64,000 nucleotides of DNA, taken from positions 224,001 to 288,000 of the forward strand of contig CBDBCZ010000014.1 in NCBI GenBank assembly GCA_965203295.1, in the 5' to 3' direction. The DNA is from Nitrospirales bacterium. GTDB lineage: Bacteria > Nitrospirota > Nitrospiria > Nitrospirales > UBA8639. The position numbers were made by a program, and so were the translations under genes. Positions 1 through 46,081 of this stretch are shown piece after piece; the first letter of the stretch is position 1; every line of letters starts with the position of its first letter. The notes under the pieces are model-generated. The model made no database searches. It had not been told where the DNA came from and worked only from the letters and a program-made list of their open reading frames with translations.

Positions 1-3000
1 TGCATTAAAGCTCTCGAGTTGCATGTTGAGGATCTAAAGAAGAAGGACGCAAAGTTACCAGACAGTCCAAAAAATGAGCTGCATTTTGAAAAGTGAGTTG
101 ACTTTATCACTTATTACACTAAACCAGGAGAAGTGATGTAATTTACATGTAGTTAACCATTAACGGACACTTAACAGATTCTGTGAACAGTTTTCAAGAG
201 TTGAACACAATCACTTGGAAGAGGTAAGACAGTGCATGCACAATTGCCACTTCTTCTAGTCACAGTATGTTGTTGTTTTTCTGCAGGTGTTACGAATTGC
301 TGCCGTCTCAAACCTGGAGAAACTGGCAAATGAAACTCTATCCTTTCTCGAAATGCTCCTAGACTCACATGATAATCCAGTACGGAAACTTCTGGCTGAA
401 AGCATTGAGAGCACAGAAACACACTTTCCGCCCCTGGGCAACTTTCTCTGTGCAGTGCACAGCTGCATTCGTGACAGCATCACTGCATCTAAAGCAAGGT
501 AAAACTCAACATAATACTTGATTCCTACATTCACAGGACTGCCAATTATATTAGCCTCTCTGATATGTACCATGATGACATTTGGGTACAGATGATTCAT
601 ACAAGACACATGATGTGTCCTTCCTTCTGTATTTGGTTGGTTGTGGGTTTTCGAGACCAAAAATGGCTTATGCCTGCAATGTGTGAGTAAGCAGTGTGTG
701 TGTGTGGAAATGTCAAACTTTACAAATGCTCAATGACATTCAACAGATAATTTTGAAAAGTACAGTTGTGAGATAAGCATTATGGCCCATCAATATCACA
801 GTATACATAGCTTAAACCTCCGTACTTTAAGACTTAAAGTACCATTGGGCTAGTCTGATGCCTGTATCTACTTTTATTTTCAACTTCTAGAATTGACCTG
901 CGAGAGGAAATTGAAGAGCGAAGAGGAATACGGACTTCAACAGTATGTGGTTACGTATATTGCACCATGAAATGGGGGCAATCTATAATTGCCTTCTTAC
1001 ACTCTCTCCCCCAAAGCCATGGTGGACAACGGCCTTCATGGCCTAGCCTTCATGCCTGCCGGCTATATAGCCCCCTCTGCTTTTCCTCCCGACTCTAATT
1101 ATACCGCAGTTTCCTGATACTCCTGATTATACATTGTTTAATGAATGTTAATTAACTTCCTTCTCAAATAAAGCATTATCATTGGCTTACAGCGTTTGTG
1201 AAAGTAGTCTGCACCTGCTACATTACATGTAGTAAAGTGGAACATCACTCATGGATGTTAATTGGCTCATTAAATGCAGAAGTACACTCGCAATATTCCT
1301 CTGTTTATTCCTAGGAAAAGCTCTTAGAAGAACTCCCAATGTGCACGGATGGTGCTCCTTCACTCCAATTCAGCCGTCCTTCTTTTTCATCGCCGTCAGC
1401 ATTGATGTCACAGATCTCTCAGACAATGGTACGTATGTGTTCACACTCACATTATAACTTCACAATGATTGATTCTGGCTACAACTTCTCTCCTCTAATT
1501 ATTAGGGACAAGGATGTCTAGTGAAGTACAGAATTGAGGAGCTAATTCCAAATATTGAAAAGCTGAAGAAAATGCTCAGTATTATGGGACTGATGTGTGA
1601 TGAACAGAACCGCACGTTGCAGTCCCATCTCCGTAAACAGCCAGGACGGTTTGACAGCGTAAACATCGTTGGCGATGTTGTGGAACTCCTCCACCACATA
1701 CATGCCATGCATATAAATGTCCTGACATCACAGAGTACAAGATTAACGTAAGTCAACTACATGACTTTAAGAAATGGTAATATTACATGTGCACCATATG
1801 CTACATGTACTGTAAAGTGCGTACCAAGTACCCATAGGCGGGGAACCTTAGGATGCAGCGTAAAGAGGGTCAAATTTTTGAGGAGCAAATTTTTCGCGGT
1901 TTGGTCATAGTAAACATTTTACGAGAATACATTTTGTAAACCAAGGACCCTTGATAGCCATGCCGTGTAGTGTGAAACATTTAATTTTCACAGTTTAAGT
2001 GGCTACAAAAACGACACATTTGTGCACTTCAGCTATACAGTAAAATTGCTGCTCCAATACTATGGCAGACAACATTTTCTGTTAGGCTTAATTAATCTTT
2101 GATTTCGTCATGTCTTGCCTGAGCAGTTTTTAGTTTTGACATACTAACTTAGTAAAATCTCTGGCAGAAAATTGGCAGAGGAATATGGTCCTTGGTCCTG
2201 CGGGTCAACCAGCGGGTTTTTCCTAATATTGGGTTTTTCCTACTTGTATGGGACCATATCCCCTACAAATGAGTTTGTGCATTGTTGTAAACTATGGGTG
2301 GGTGCATGGGAGTGGCTGAAGTTTGGTCAGCGGACCTTTCGAAGTTTTGGAGTCTGGAGTTTGGTCAGCGGACCTTGCAAATTTTTTTAAAGTTTCTGAA
2401 GTTTCGGTCAGTGGACCTTTGTGAAACTGATGCTAGCAAGCAGTGTGTTACCTTTTTAAACTTGGCGCTCGGATATCCAGGTGCGTGGTGCCTTCTATTA
2501 TTGCAGGCTGTTTGACCACAGCTCTTGGCTACTATGGAATTTCCATTGTACTGCTGTCTGCTATCCCAGTGTTTTTGGTAGACATGCACTGCCTCAAGTC
2601 GATTAACACCTGTTTACTATATTATAAACATTCCATTTAGCAAAAATCCTTGATTGCAAATATTCCATATATTAAATACAGGCACTTGTAGTCTAAGTTA
2701 CGACTAATGGTTAGCATGAATGTGCTATTGTACGAAGGAGCTTTCCTTAAACTCCATTTGCCAAATGGCCATTGCATTCTGTTTAATAAGAAGTTGGAGC
2801 ACACATGCACGTACATAAATACATGCTGTTACGTTTTTACAGTCAATTGTAAGAACTCTTACTATTCAACTTGATACTAGTAGCTCCCTATTTAAAATGT
2901 CAGGCAATTGCATATATGTAAAGTGTACATTATCTGATTTAAGACTTACCTTTAGTGTTTACGTGTATATCTCCCCAGAAATGAATCTATGGAAATTATT

Positions 3001-6000
3001 GGTCTCATTCTGCAAGCCCTGATAGAGTTCTGTGCTGGGAATTATGAGAATCAGGAGGTGGTTGTCAATAGGCAAATCAGCGGTGACATTACATGGATAC
3101 TGTTTATTGGAGAAGCAGATGATAAATGCGAGGTAATTATTAACTGTGAATACACCTTTATACAGCCTTGCTGAACATACATAGTCTTGTGAGATGTTGT
3201 GGTTGTATAGAAAATTGTTTAAAAAGGAAGTCTATTGACATGTATGTAGCTTAATTAAGCCATCAGAAGTGTTCATCCTCCGTGGTATGTGAGAGATAGG
3301 GAGGTTTTGTAATACAAATCAAGATTGTTTTGTGGTAGGCACATGTCCATGTAACTGGCATATGCAAATTATCGCATCCCACTCTGCCCCTTTTGACTGA
3401 GAGCCAGAGAGGTAGTTATGTACGCTTTGTGTAAATACCTCATTTGAATACACTACATTATGCAAGTCTACTTTAGAAGTGTTGTGTATACCTTTAGCAT
3501 TACAGAGTTCAATGAGTATTTCTTGTGTACAGTGAGTGGCTGAGAAGGACACTTGTGTAACCGTATCATGATTTCTGTGTATACACTCAGCTGCACATTC
3601 TGAAGGCTCAGGCAGTGGAACTCTTGGAAACCTTGATGGAAGAGGTTGCTGAAGGAAGCAAAGGGCTAGTGGAGAAGCTCAGAGCTGATGAAAAACTTTT
3701 AGTATCTCTGAAGTTTGCAACAGAAGAATTTCACGAACACATAGAGGCTGTTCACTCAACACAGCAAGCTGGGTGGGGAGAACGATTAAAGGAGCTGCGT
3801 TTGTATTTGAGCTCACTTTTTAGCCGTGGCGCAGAACCTGCTCCATCGACGAATAGTGAAGACAGGAGTAACCTCTGTAAACCCAAAGCAAAACAAGCAA
3901 GGTTCAGGGCTTACCACTTGGCCACTTCTTTAAAGCGGAAATCATCAGGTATTTTCTTCGTCATAGTAATAATTTAGTATATTTTCATTTTCATTAAGGA
4001 GATTATATGCATGGCTCTTGGTCATAAATTGATATAAATTGATAAACATGCGTGCAATGTAGGGGTTTTCTCTTATATCTTGACCCTCTTTTTATAGCAT
4101 TACACTGTAAGCATCTGTATGTTAGGCCTATGTATAAATTACATTTCGCCTTATAACAATGGCACTGCACATCCTATAGATCAGTAAACTGTGCGACGCT
4201 AACCGTATCCCATAATTCTAACCCTAGCCCCAACCCTAGCCCTAGCCCTAAGCTTAACCCTAACCTTGGAATGTACAGCACAATTTATAAACTACAAAAT
4301 GCGCCCAACATGGATAACTGAATTTCTTATTATACATATGTGGGAATCCCGTACATTCTCTTGATTAATGGGGTGTGGCTTATTTTAAAATCATTAGTTA
4401 CTGTAGCCACCTTTCTGCCATTCACTTCACTACTGTACAGCTGTTGAGGATATTGCCAATGAAAGCAAAGATCCTAAGGAGGAGCCTACGAGTTCTAAGG
4501 GTAAACATTTCTGTGAAGAGCACTCCAAGTCTATTGAAGTGTCTTACAGACATGAAAAGAAAGGAGAACCAATACACACAACTGTCTCATTTCCCTACCA
4601 TCCCCATGTAAGAAAATTAAATAAGCTGTACGGTTACAGAGGCTAGATGGAGAATATGTACACGAGCAATATATGAATTAAGTGTGAGTGTTCTAATCTG
4701 TAGTCTCTGTTGGGGGGGGGGCACATACGTAGAAGTATAGAAACAGTGTATGTGCTTCTTGGGTTAAGATCGAAAGATAATGTACAAAAAGCATTCAGTA
4801 CCTCATACTATGAATGCCATCAAACATTTGGGTGTTGTAGGTAAACCCTACCCATGTCATTATTCGTTACATCCGCACATCTACTTGTACATACCCACAT
4901 CTCAACTTGCACATTGTACGTACTTCTACCTGGCCGTGTACTTGATCAATCAAATTAACCAATATGTTTTCACCTTGTGAAGGATGAGCTAAGGGAAGAG
5001 ATGAAAGAGAGAATAAAGTGGAGCATTGATCGAAGCAGTCCCGAAGATAAGCTGCTTGATCTTGTGCGACACACGGAGGCTGTTACAAAGGACATTGAAC
5101 ACCAGGTAGCTAAGCTATTTTGTGTCTTCCTGATAGCATGACCTGCCTGGAAAATAGAGATTAAAGATAGTGTACCACCAGTGTCTCTTTTGACAATCTC
5201 CATTAGAAAGATTACTTGTACACGTTTACTTATAATGCGTGACTATGAGGACAGTGGTCCTGCGTAGCCTTGATCACGGGCCATTGCAAACAGTCTGGTC
5301 CTGGCTTGCACAAACTCAGTGAGCTCACTGTGATATGGCAGAACTGGCATAAAATTGTGATAAAGTTTTTGCCACTTGTAAGTACTGATGATTGTGATCC
5401 CCCCTGGCAAAATTTTCTCACACTATACTTATGGTGAAGGTAACAATGTGCATTACATTGGGTTTGTATCTCTTCTTTTAGAAAAGGCTTCGTGCAGGAT
5501 TATTCCAAATAATGCGGCTATATTCGTAAGTTACAGCATAGAATTATGACGAGCTTGAGGAAATGATTACTATACAGTCAAGTGTGTTAGGTATTTTCTA
5601 ATTTCCTTGTTTGGAAACTTTTTTGTGTACCTATTAATAATGCTGTTATGTAAAGCACAAAGTAATGGTTTAGTGTTAGATTGCATCTTATTTGGGAATC
5701 ATTTTTGGGATTTCAATGCCATGTAATTACATACAAATTAGTATATTGTACACATAAGTAGAGTGAAAATTAACATTAAGTTACAAGGAAACAGCACTGA
5801 AGTTGATATCCTGTTTGTTTTTTTACCGTAGACTGTGTCACAAAGACAGTAGGCATGTTTACCACTTCTATTCTCCCACAGTTCCACACGACACTATGTG
5901 CTGCTCATGCTGACGTTCTTCCTGAATCTGGTGGTGTTGTTCACATTTACTGTTCCCTCTGAGAAGACTTCCAAAGATGTGGATTCTTCCATGCCATTTC

Positions 6001-9000
6001 CAATGCAAGTTTATCAGTGTTTCTAAACTAGGAGCTCATAGTATATTAATTAGCCTCTATTTTGTCTTTTTAGTGGAGACGACTCGGCTGCAGTGGTCCC
6101 TCAACCGCCACTCGTGCTGTCTGAAATGGTGCTCTATGTGTTTGGGGCCATCCATCTCTTCCTCGCCCTGTGGATGGTGATGGAGTACTATGCAGTAACT
6201 TGGCCGCATTTCTTTATCAAGGGATGGTCCTGGTGGGCTATGCTTCTACCTCGAGCCATTTGGCGGATTGTGTGAGTGACAAAACAATTCATTTACCACC
6301 TGCACTCCACTGCTTGCCCGTGTAATTTGCAAGCGGCTCAGTTTGTGTTCTCTTCCATTACTGTCCAAAACGTATACCTACCTGAATGACAACAACATAA
6401 TTGTTGTCTTGAATTGGTCATACGTAAGTAATCGCATATGTATAGAGACAGCTGCCGCTTCATACGCACAAAATTAGCTCAGCTGCATGGTCAATCATAT
6501 CAAAATGTGATGGTGCAATGCAATTATCATTTTGTATTGTTGATTTCTCATTTTAGTTTTGAGTTCTGGAAGTCAACACACCAAAGATGGAAGAAGCATG
6601 AACATCGGTATGTCAATACCTTCAGGATTTTGTAAACCTGGAAAGGTTGTTATCTACGTATGTAATCACACTGTGAGCACACTAGGTAGGTAGATGAACA
6701 GAGCAGCAAGTGTATTAAATAAAGGCTAGGGCTACGTGGGCAAATGGATTAGACTAATATTCAGAAACCATGAATGCAAAGGCTTTGAATATTCACCTTG
6801 TTAAAGTCTTGTGTTCTAGAATCACATTTAATCAGTACAAGCAGCCAATGGGAAATAAATTAATAACTGAGAAGAGAATAGGGGTGCATGATGGTCATAC
6901 CTAGGCTGTCAAATGAGTCCAACCATTGACCTACCGCTATGGTGAAGTTATACTCTCACATACGTATCTCATCATAAGCATATCTGGTAGTGCTACATTG
7001 CATAAATTCTGTGCATGTTCAGATGGTCCCTGTACTACATTATGCTATTTTATACACTAACACACCCACTATCTTATACACTAACACACCCACTATCTTA
7101 TACACAAACATGGTTGTATCATACCCACTCCAGACGGTTTAGAGCATTTTCCCTTCCCTATAGGAAGTACTTTGAACCACCAAATGAACAGAAACTGGAA
7201 GCCAGTCTGTACGGATGGGATAGCATGTACCGACTGGTGAGTGCACATGATCTAGTGTTGATGCTCTGATACACATGTAACCCTCTCTCTATTTCTTTAG
7301 GTGTTCTTGTGTTCCTCAGTGCTCTCACTAGTACCTACCATACAAGGCTACTTCTACTGCCTCTGTCTCTTGTACCTCGTTGAAGAGAGCGATGTGCTGA
7401 GTAGAGTACTGCAAGCTGTGACAAAAAATGGTGAATATAAAAGCCCTAAGATACATACGTATCTGTATTAAATTTTTCTTCACAGTAAGTTCCCATGTGT
7501 TGTGTTAATTCAGCATAGATACATGTAGCTGTTTCTTGTCAGGTCGTTTTTAACAACAATTAAGCTGTACCAACCTGCCAAGGAAGATGTCTGCACTTTA
7601 TCACATATACTTTTCCAAATTAAATTGAAAAAAGCTGTAACATAATATATTTGTACTGTTATTCTCTGCAGGCAAATCTCTACTGTGGGTGGGAGCACTT
7701 TTCATTGTGGTGCTCTACATTTATGCCGTGATATCGTTCGCCTTCATCCATGAATCCTTCTTTGTTGAAAATTCTTCATTTCCCCTCTTCTGTGAGAATC
7801 TAGGCCAGTGCTTTGTTTCAGTGATTCGTTATGGACTCCTCGACAACATAGGCTTGGTAAGAAATCATGAAGTGATGGAAGTTTGTAATCTAAGGAACTA
7901 TGTATTTGTCATGTTACCATATAGTAAGGTATATAATACATGATGTCTTTCTTCATAGATTATTCCACTATTAACTGGAGATTTTAGTGAAGCGAGTTGG
8001 AGATTGTTGTATGACGTGTCCTTCTTCATCGTTGTCACAACAATTGGTCTGAATATTATTTTTGGCATCATCGTAGACACTTTCTCGGAGCTCAGGGACC
8101 AGAGGGTAAGGTATACGTATTCTTTACGTCGTTTAGTAGTGTCAGCTGACTGTACCATTTGATCTGCACAGTGGAACAACGAACAAGATATGAATGATCG
8201 CTGCCATATCTGTGGCATTGACAACTATGAGTTTGATCGTCTGGAGCTATCTGTTAGTGTTTTAGCATTAGCCGGTAAGATAGAGTTCGCTTTTTTGAGT
8301 GCTCTTTCTCTTGCAGGGTTTCAAACACCATGTCGCTCATGATCACAACATGTGGAACTACATCTACTACTATGTGTATGTGTCTCGTGTTCCAGTCAGA
8401 GACAGGACAGCCATTCAAACTTACGTGTTTCAGGCTGTAAGTATTGTAACAGCAGTGGATTTTTACACATCGTAATATAATAAGATAATTGTAAGGCCGA
8501 GAAACATAGTGGCGAAACCCAAAATCAAGTACTGGGAATTGCATGCATGAATGCACAAAAAATGAGGTTAAAAGTATGTGCATACCTTATGAGCTTATGA
8601 CCAAAAAAATTGATTCTAAGCAACTTTTGAAACACATTTTAAGCATGTTTGGAGAGGTAAGTTCAATTTGCCACGAGTGTTAGACCACTCTGGTTCTCAG
8701 CCCTTTAATTATTACACACTTTAGTCCAAGACCTCCCCTACAAAGCTGTAAACATAAAGTTATACAAAGTGATGCTATATACTGACAAATAGCCAATCTG
8801 TATATTCAAATGAGAACTTTCGTTTCATTACAACCGAGTTATAGTATTCCTTAACTAATATAAAGCTTTCTGAAATATGATTATTAAATGCACTATAATT
8901 TAACTCATTGCAGATCGAGAGTGGAAGAATCAATTTCTTCCCACGGAGATGTGCTCTAGTCCTCACTGATAGAGAGACAGAAGCCACTACGGATGACCTC

Positions 9001-9545
9001 ATGAAGCGAGTTAAAATGGCTACTCACGACTTGGCTCACGACATAGCACACCAGGCCAGAGGTACGAGAGAAGTTTTAGTCACAAGATTAAGTAAAAAGC
9101 TAGCTCAAAGCACTCAAGATAGCAGCCAGAAGGAAGACACCTCGGAAGAATTGGAAGTGAAGCTCCAGAAAATGAAGGATGAGTTTGAAATTATGAAGGA
9201 TGGAGTGAAACATCAAATTCGCAGTGTTCAGTCGGATATTTCCCAGGTTCAGCAGGAGCTTGCCAAGATTGCTACTCTGAGTTCGACAATACTACAAAGG
9301 CTGCCTGTTAAAGTAAGAAACTTGTACAAACATTGCTTACTCAGTTCACAATTCTGCAGTATCACAATAAGAACGTAATTGATGTATGCTCTTTATACTT
9401 ACGTAGCTATCCATTTCCCCACGCTCACCCCCCCCCCCCCCTGCATAAATAATTAGGTAGAAGCTACTATTTATGGTACATGTAGTATAGTGTGGGGGTG
9501 CATGCATATGTAAGAAATTTATTCTTTTCACAGGGAGCTGAATAA
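1..9545 (+). CDS. ITPR: Inositol 1,4,5-trisphosphate receptor-family Ca2+ channel, divergent, 5'-partial, multi-exon
   Basis: Phase-consistent exons include 1506-1747 (MGLMCDEQNRTLQSHLRKQ, RIH-associated-like), 2979-3132 (LQALIEFCAGNYENQ), 3591-3948, 4441-4607, 4983-5105, TM exons within 5882-7430, 7672-7856 (pore helix), 7959-8105 (YDVSFFIVVTTIGLNIIFGIIVDTFSELRDQ), 8172-8252 (CHICG), 8318-8436 (HVAHDHNMWNY), 8914-9312 (NFFPRRCA + coiled coil), last exon GAE* 9534-9545. Motifs match the IP3R C-terminal half. Confidence 0.9.
4201..4268 (+). repeat. Degenerate (TAACCC)n telomere-like tract in an intron
   Basis: taaccctagccccaaccctagccctagccctaagcttaaccctaacc. Confidence 0.6.
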
Positions 9546-10174
9546 TTTTACAAGACAATTGCAGAACTACTAAGAAGTACTCAATGTACTAGAGACTTGC
9601 TAGTTAATCGCTTTTCTGTCTAGGGTTTTTAGTCAACTGTAATATCTTCAGTACTATACATGTGAATTTTTGTCAGTTTAGTGTATGGTATAGATGTAGA
9701 GAAGAGAAAGATTATATTATATTACGTTTGTATACATGCACTATGCTCATGATTGGTAGTTTCATAACCTTTTTAGTAATCCCTTGTTACCTAGTCGAGA
9801 TCAATTATTTCACTTTCTCAGCATCCAGTTACCTAGCTATACCTGGAGAACATAACAATGTTCTGGTTACATTAATACATGTAGGTATGGTATTATGTCC
9901 CCAAAAATACAGCTTAGCATACATAGATATAATAGCGTTCCATATAACTATTGTGTAGTTCTTATATCGCACCGTGTATTTCTCGGTGCGATAATAACTG
10001 GGGAATGGTGCCTATACAACACCGTCATCGAGGCGGTGATCGCTCTACGGTATCTACGGTAAGCGATGCGATGATGAAAGTCGTGAACCGAAAGTCACGT
10101 GAGGAGGTGGGGCTAATAAACAAAACGTACTCTACAATTATGCTATGGTGTGGCTGCATGTTCAGTGCAGTTAC

Positions 10175-10259
10175 TATAAAAGCAGACCGCTGTGATTCAA
10201 AGTCGAGGTTCTGGAATCGCTCTCGAGCTCTGTACTGACGGGCTCCAGAAACTGTAAGT
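10175..10259 (+). promoter_or_regulatory. Candidate TATA box and non-coding first exon of the 11636-34726 gene
   Basis: TATAAAAG at 10175-10182 in a CpG-rich patch, GTAAGT donor at 10254, and an acceptor (ttttcag) at 11629, 6 nt before the ATG. Confidence 0.5.
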
Positions 10260-10637
10260 ACTAGATACATGTAGATCAGCATAGTTTAACGTCCGACTTA
10301 CTCTGGGTTATAACATGGATAATATACTATCCACGGTTCTATGTAGGCGTATTACATTTGGCTAGTATTGAATTCTGGGCCATCACCACCGACCAAAACC
10401 CCCAGCGCCACGGATAGAGAGAGGTGGGGCTGCTAGAATAGTAGTAAACAGCTCTAACGATCCGCGCACGCAGGGTATGGCTGGCTTGCCCAGTCCTTCC
10501 CACGCCAGCTGTTATCTCGCAGCCGTGGACTGGGGTTGGAAGGACTGAGAACGAGGTTATGCAGCCACTGAAGTCACCCTCCAGGCAGACAATCCTGCTT
10601 CTGTGCAGCGTAAATTAGTCCGCCAGGCTAGTTTCAG

Positions 10638-10682
10638 CATAGATAATATAGCCATACTATCTATCTAGCCATATTATCTATG
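10638..10682. mobile_element. 45-bp MITE, P-element-like termini
   Basis: TIR CATAGATAATA...TATTATCTATG flanked by 7-bp direct repeat GTTTCAG (10631-10637, 10683-10689). Confidence 0.7.
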
Positions 10683-11394
10683 GTTTCAGTTTCTGGAAGC
10701 CTTAAGATCTGACACTTGCCCAACAAAACCTGCCTCTCTGTGTACAGCACTTTTCAATAACCTTGCAACAGCAAACCAGAAACAATAAAACCACAGCTAG
10801 TGTAATTGGTTTGATTCAACAAGTGACCACCTCCTTCAGAAGAGGACTTCGAAGCCTAATTAATCACTCACCCACCATTAGTGCAGTGGGTTTTACTCTA
10901 ATGGCTTGCAAAGGTAGTGAAAACTGCTGTAGGTATGGCCTGTGAGACTAGCCTCACTTGGTGAAAAGCCAGAACACAATAATATAAACCAATCCCCAAC
11001 TTCTCTATAAAAAATTAAGTACATATTGATCTTGCTTACAAACAAACACTGAAGGTGTGTATGTGTACAGGGATAGTTCTGCCATATCCCCCCAGCTGAT
11101 ATACTGACTACGTCTGTTCTGCATTCTACAAATTTGTAAATTTGCATAGTTTAATTACTGCGCTGCACATTCATTTTGTGAACTCATAACGATTATTGTT
11201 TAGGGTTACGCTTAGGGTAAGAGCACTCATGTTGAGATTAGGGATAGGATTAGTGACGTCCAGCAACTTATAGGATGCAGAACACAATATAAATAGTACC
11301 AATTCACAGAATACCCCTAGCATAATACATTTACATGCTCACATGTATGCTCACATGTACATTACTTAAGCTCATGACTGTAAGCTGATGAACT

Positions 11395-11476
11395 TAGCCT
11401 CGTTCCCAAGCTCCACCCCCCAGCTCTCTTTGCACAGGAAAAATGCTGGAGAATGGAGATTGAGAATGAGCGGCTA
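11395..11476. mobile_element. Degenerate palindromic TAGCCTCGTTCCCA-type mini-element
   Basis: TAGCCTCGTTCCCAAG...GAGAATGAGCGGCTA; both flanks contain ATGAACT. Confidence 0.5.
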
Positions 11477-11635
11477 AATGAACTCACAACCAAGCAAGTG
11501 CTGAGTTTGCAAAGTGAATCTATTTTCCAACCAGGGTGGTCTTTCAGTGTTATTACAATTCATAGTGACACTATTGCAATTCATAGTGGTGTTATTTACT
11601 ACATGTGCCACACTCATTTCCTTTTTCAGGAAAGT

Positions 11636-34726
<23,091 letters not shown>

Positions 34727-35767
34727 CTATTATAGCAACACTTTTTACTATCTGGTTATGGATGTCAGGGTCTACTATTAGTTGTATAACTTCATGTATA
34801 CCTACATACACAATGTCATGTATTGAAGTTACTACGTATTGTGCAAAATATTTTTATTGGTAAAAAAAAATCAGTTGCATTGTAGGGGTTAATTAATGTA
34901 ATACAAAAAAAAATCGTCCAAACATGGTAATAAGGACACCTCATTACCCACCTCCTCTGTACTGAGCCCCACCCCCCTGTACTGGGAAACAGGCTATAGC
35001 GCTAGATAGGGAGTTAGCCCTACCCCTTTGTACTGAACCCAACCCCCTCAGTGCTGGGAACTGGTACATTTTATAGCCTGGTGTGTTTTGTGTGGTTTCT
35101 TGGAAAAATCACATTCGCAACATCCGGCAAGTATAAATATATATATCCACCCTCACCAAATGGATGAAGGGCGGACTAGTACATAGTTGGGGTAGAGCTT
35201 GACGGGGTGTGGCAGTTGCTAACATCCCTGTTCATTGTTAATGCAAGTTTATGGAGAATGCGGGAGTACATGTGCATTGGCTGGACAGGGGAGGTAGGTG
35301 AAATGCAGGTGACAACAGTGGTAGTGTGACAAATGGGAACTATTAAATTTTTCCTAGGCAGCATGATGTTGCACCGTATATTGTGTTGGTGACTGTTAGT
35401 AGGTGCTAGTGTCTGTTATAGTTTACGAGTGTGTAGAGCTAGGTGTTTCTGTATACCGGTAGATATAAGTTGTAGCAAGATGGGCCACAGCTAGCCCCAG
35501 TTTTCAAGTCAAAGAAACACAATTTGACTCTTAATTTGAATTGGATGATGGTGCACTTTTCGCATACATGTATGCATTACTCAACTGGAGGATGCTAAAG
35601 TTGCAGCCAAAGACTGTGAAGAAGGGAAACATCTGTTCTAAACTTTACAATTTATGGGGGGAGGAGTGTAGCACTAGCATTATTGGAGTTAATATTTTAG
35701 TTTATGGTATTTGTGACTCTTGACCATTAGCACAAGTATACACTGCAGACTGTTGCTATATATTCAC

Positions 35768-36137
35768 TACTATAAGTGAAGGTAACAGGTGGTTACTCTC
35801 AAGACAGTTCTCTAGAACTAGGGATCATTAGCCTTGAACCCAGCTGTCCCAGCAAAATAAAGCTGGGACGGCTGGGTTTGAGGCTAAGGGATCATTCTAT
35901 TATGAATTTGGCTTTTTTATTTTTAGCATTTTCAGTAACCTCTTTTTTTTAACCTTTTCATTAGCCTCTTTTACCTCTGCCTCTGCATAGATACAGCCAA
36001 TACAGAGTACTTAAATGCGTAATACATAAGCCATGCAGAGACAAGGAAATGCAGACTTCTACTTTAAGATTCTACCAAAATACCCACTGGTTATTCTAAT
36101 CCTAGAGAACTGTCTCGGGGTAGCCTTCACTTGTAGT
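35768..36137. mobile_element. Inverted-repeat element containing a nested TAG...CTA mini-element (35829-35886)
   Basis: actataagtgaagg...agacagttctctag vs ctagagaactgtct...ccttcacttgtagt; nested element flanked by 9-bp TSD agggatcat. Confidence 0.6.
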
Positions 36138-36390
36138 CTCAACTGTTACTGAAAGAATAGTTGTTATCCCAATTGAACACACTTATTGAATTAATATCGG
36201 ATACAACCTGCAGACCCTCAGCTTTGGCCCATAAATACTGCCGCGATTAAAGACCACGGCATTTAAATAAACCATGTAGCATTTTTTCTGTAATTTTAAG
36301 TTTTAACATACTACATCTATACACAGTGGCTAATATCATAGATAGCATCTATGCTTATATGTGGTCATAAATTGCTAGCACTCTCCCCAA

Positions 36391-46081
<9,691 letters not shown>

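Noticed and set aside
10077..10101. IRF-like GAACCGAAAGT and E-box CACGTG near the TATA candidate
   Set aside because: Short motifs expected by chance; no independent support
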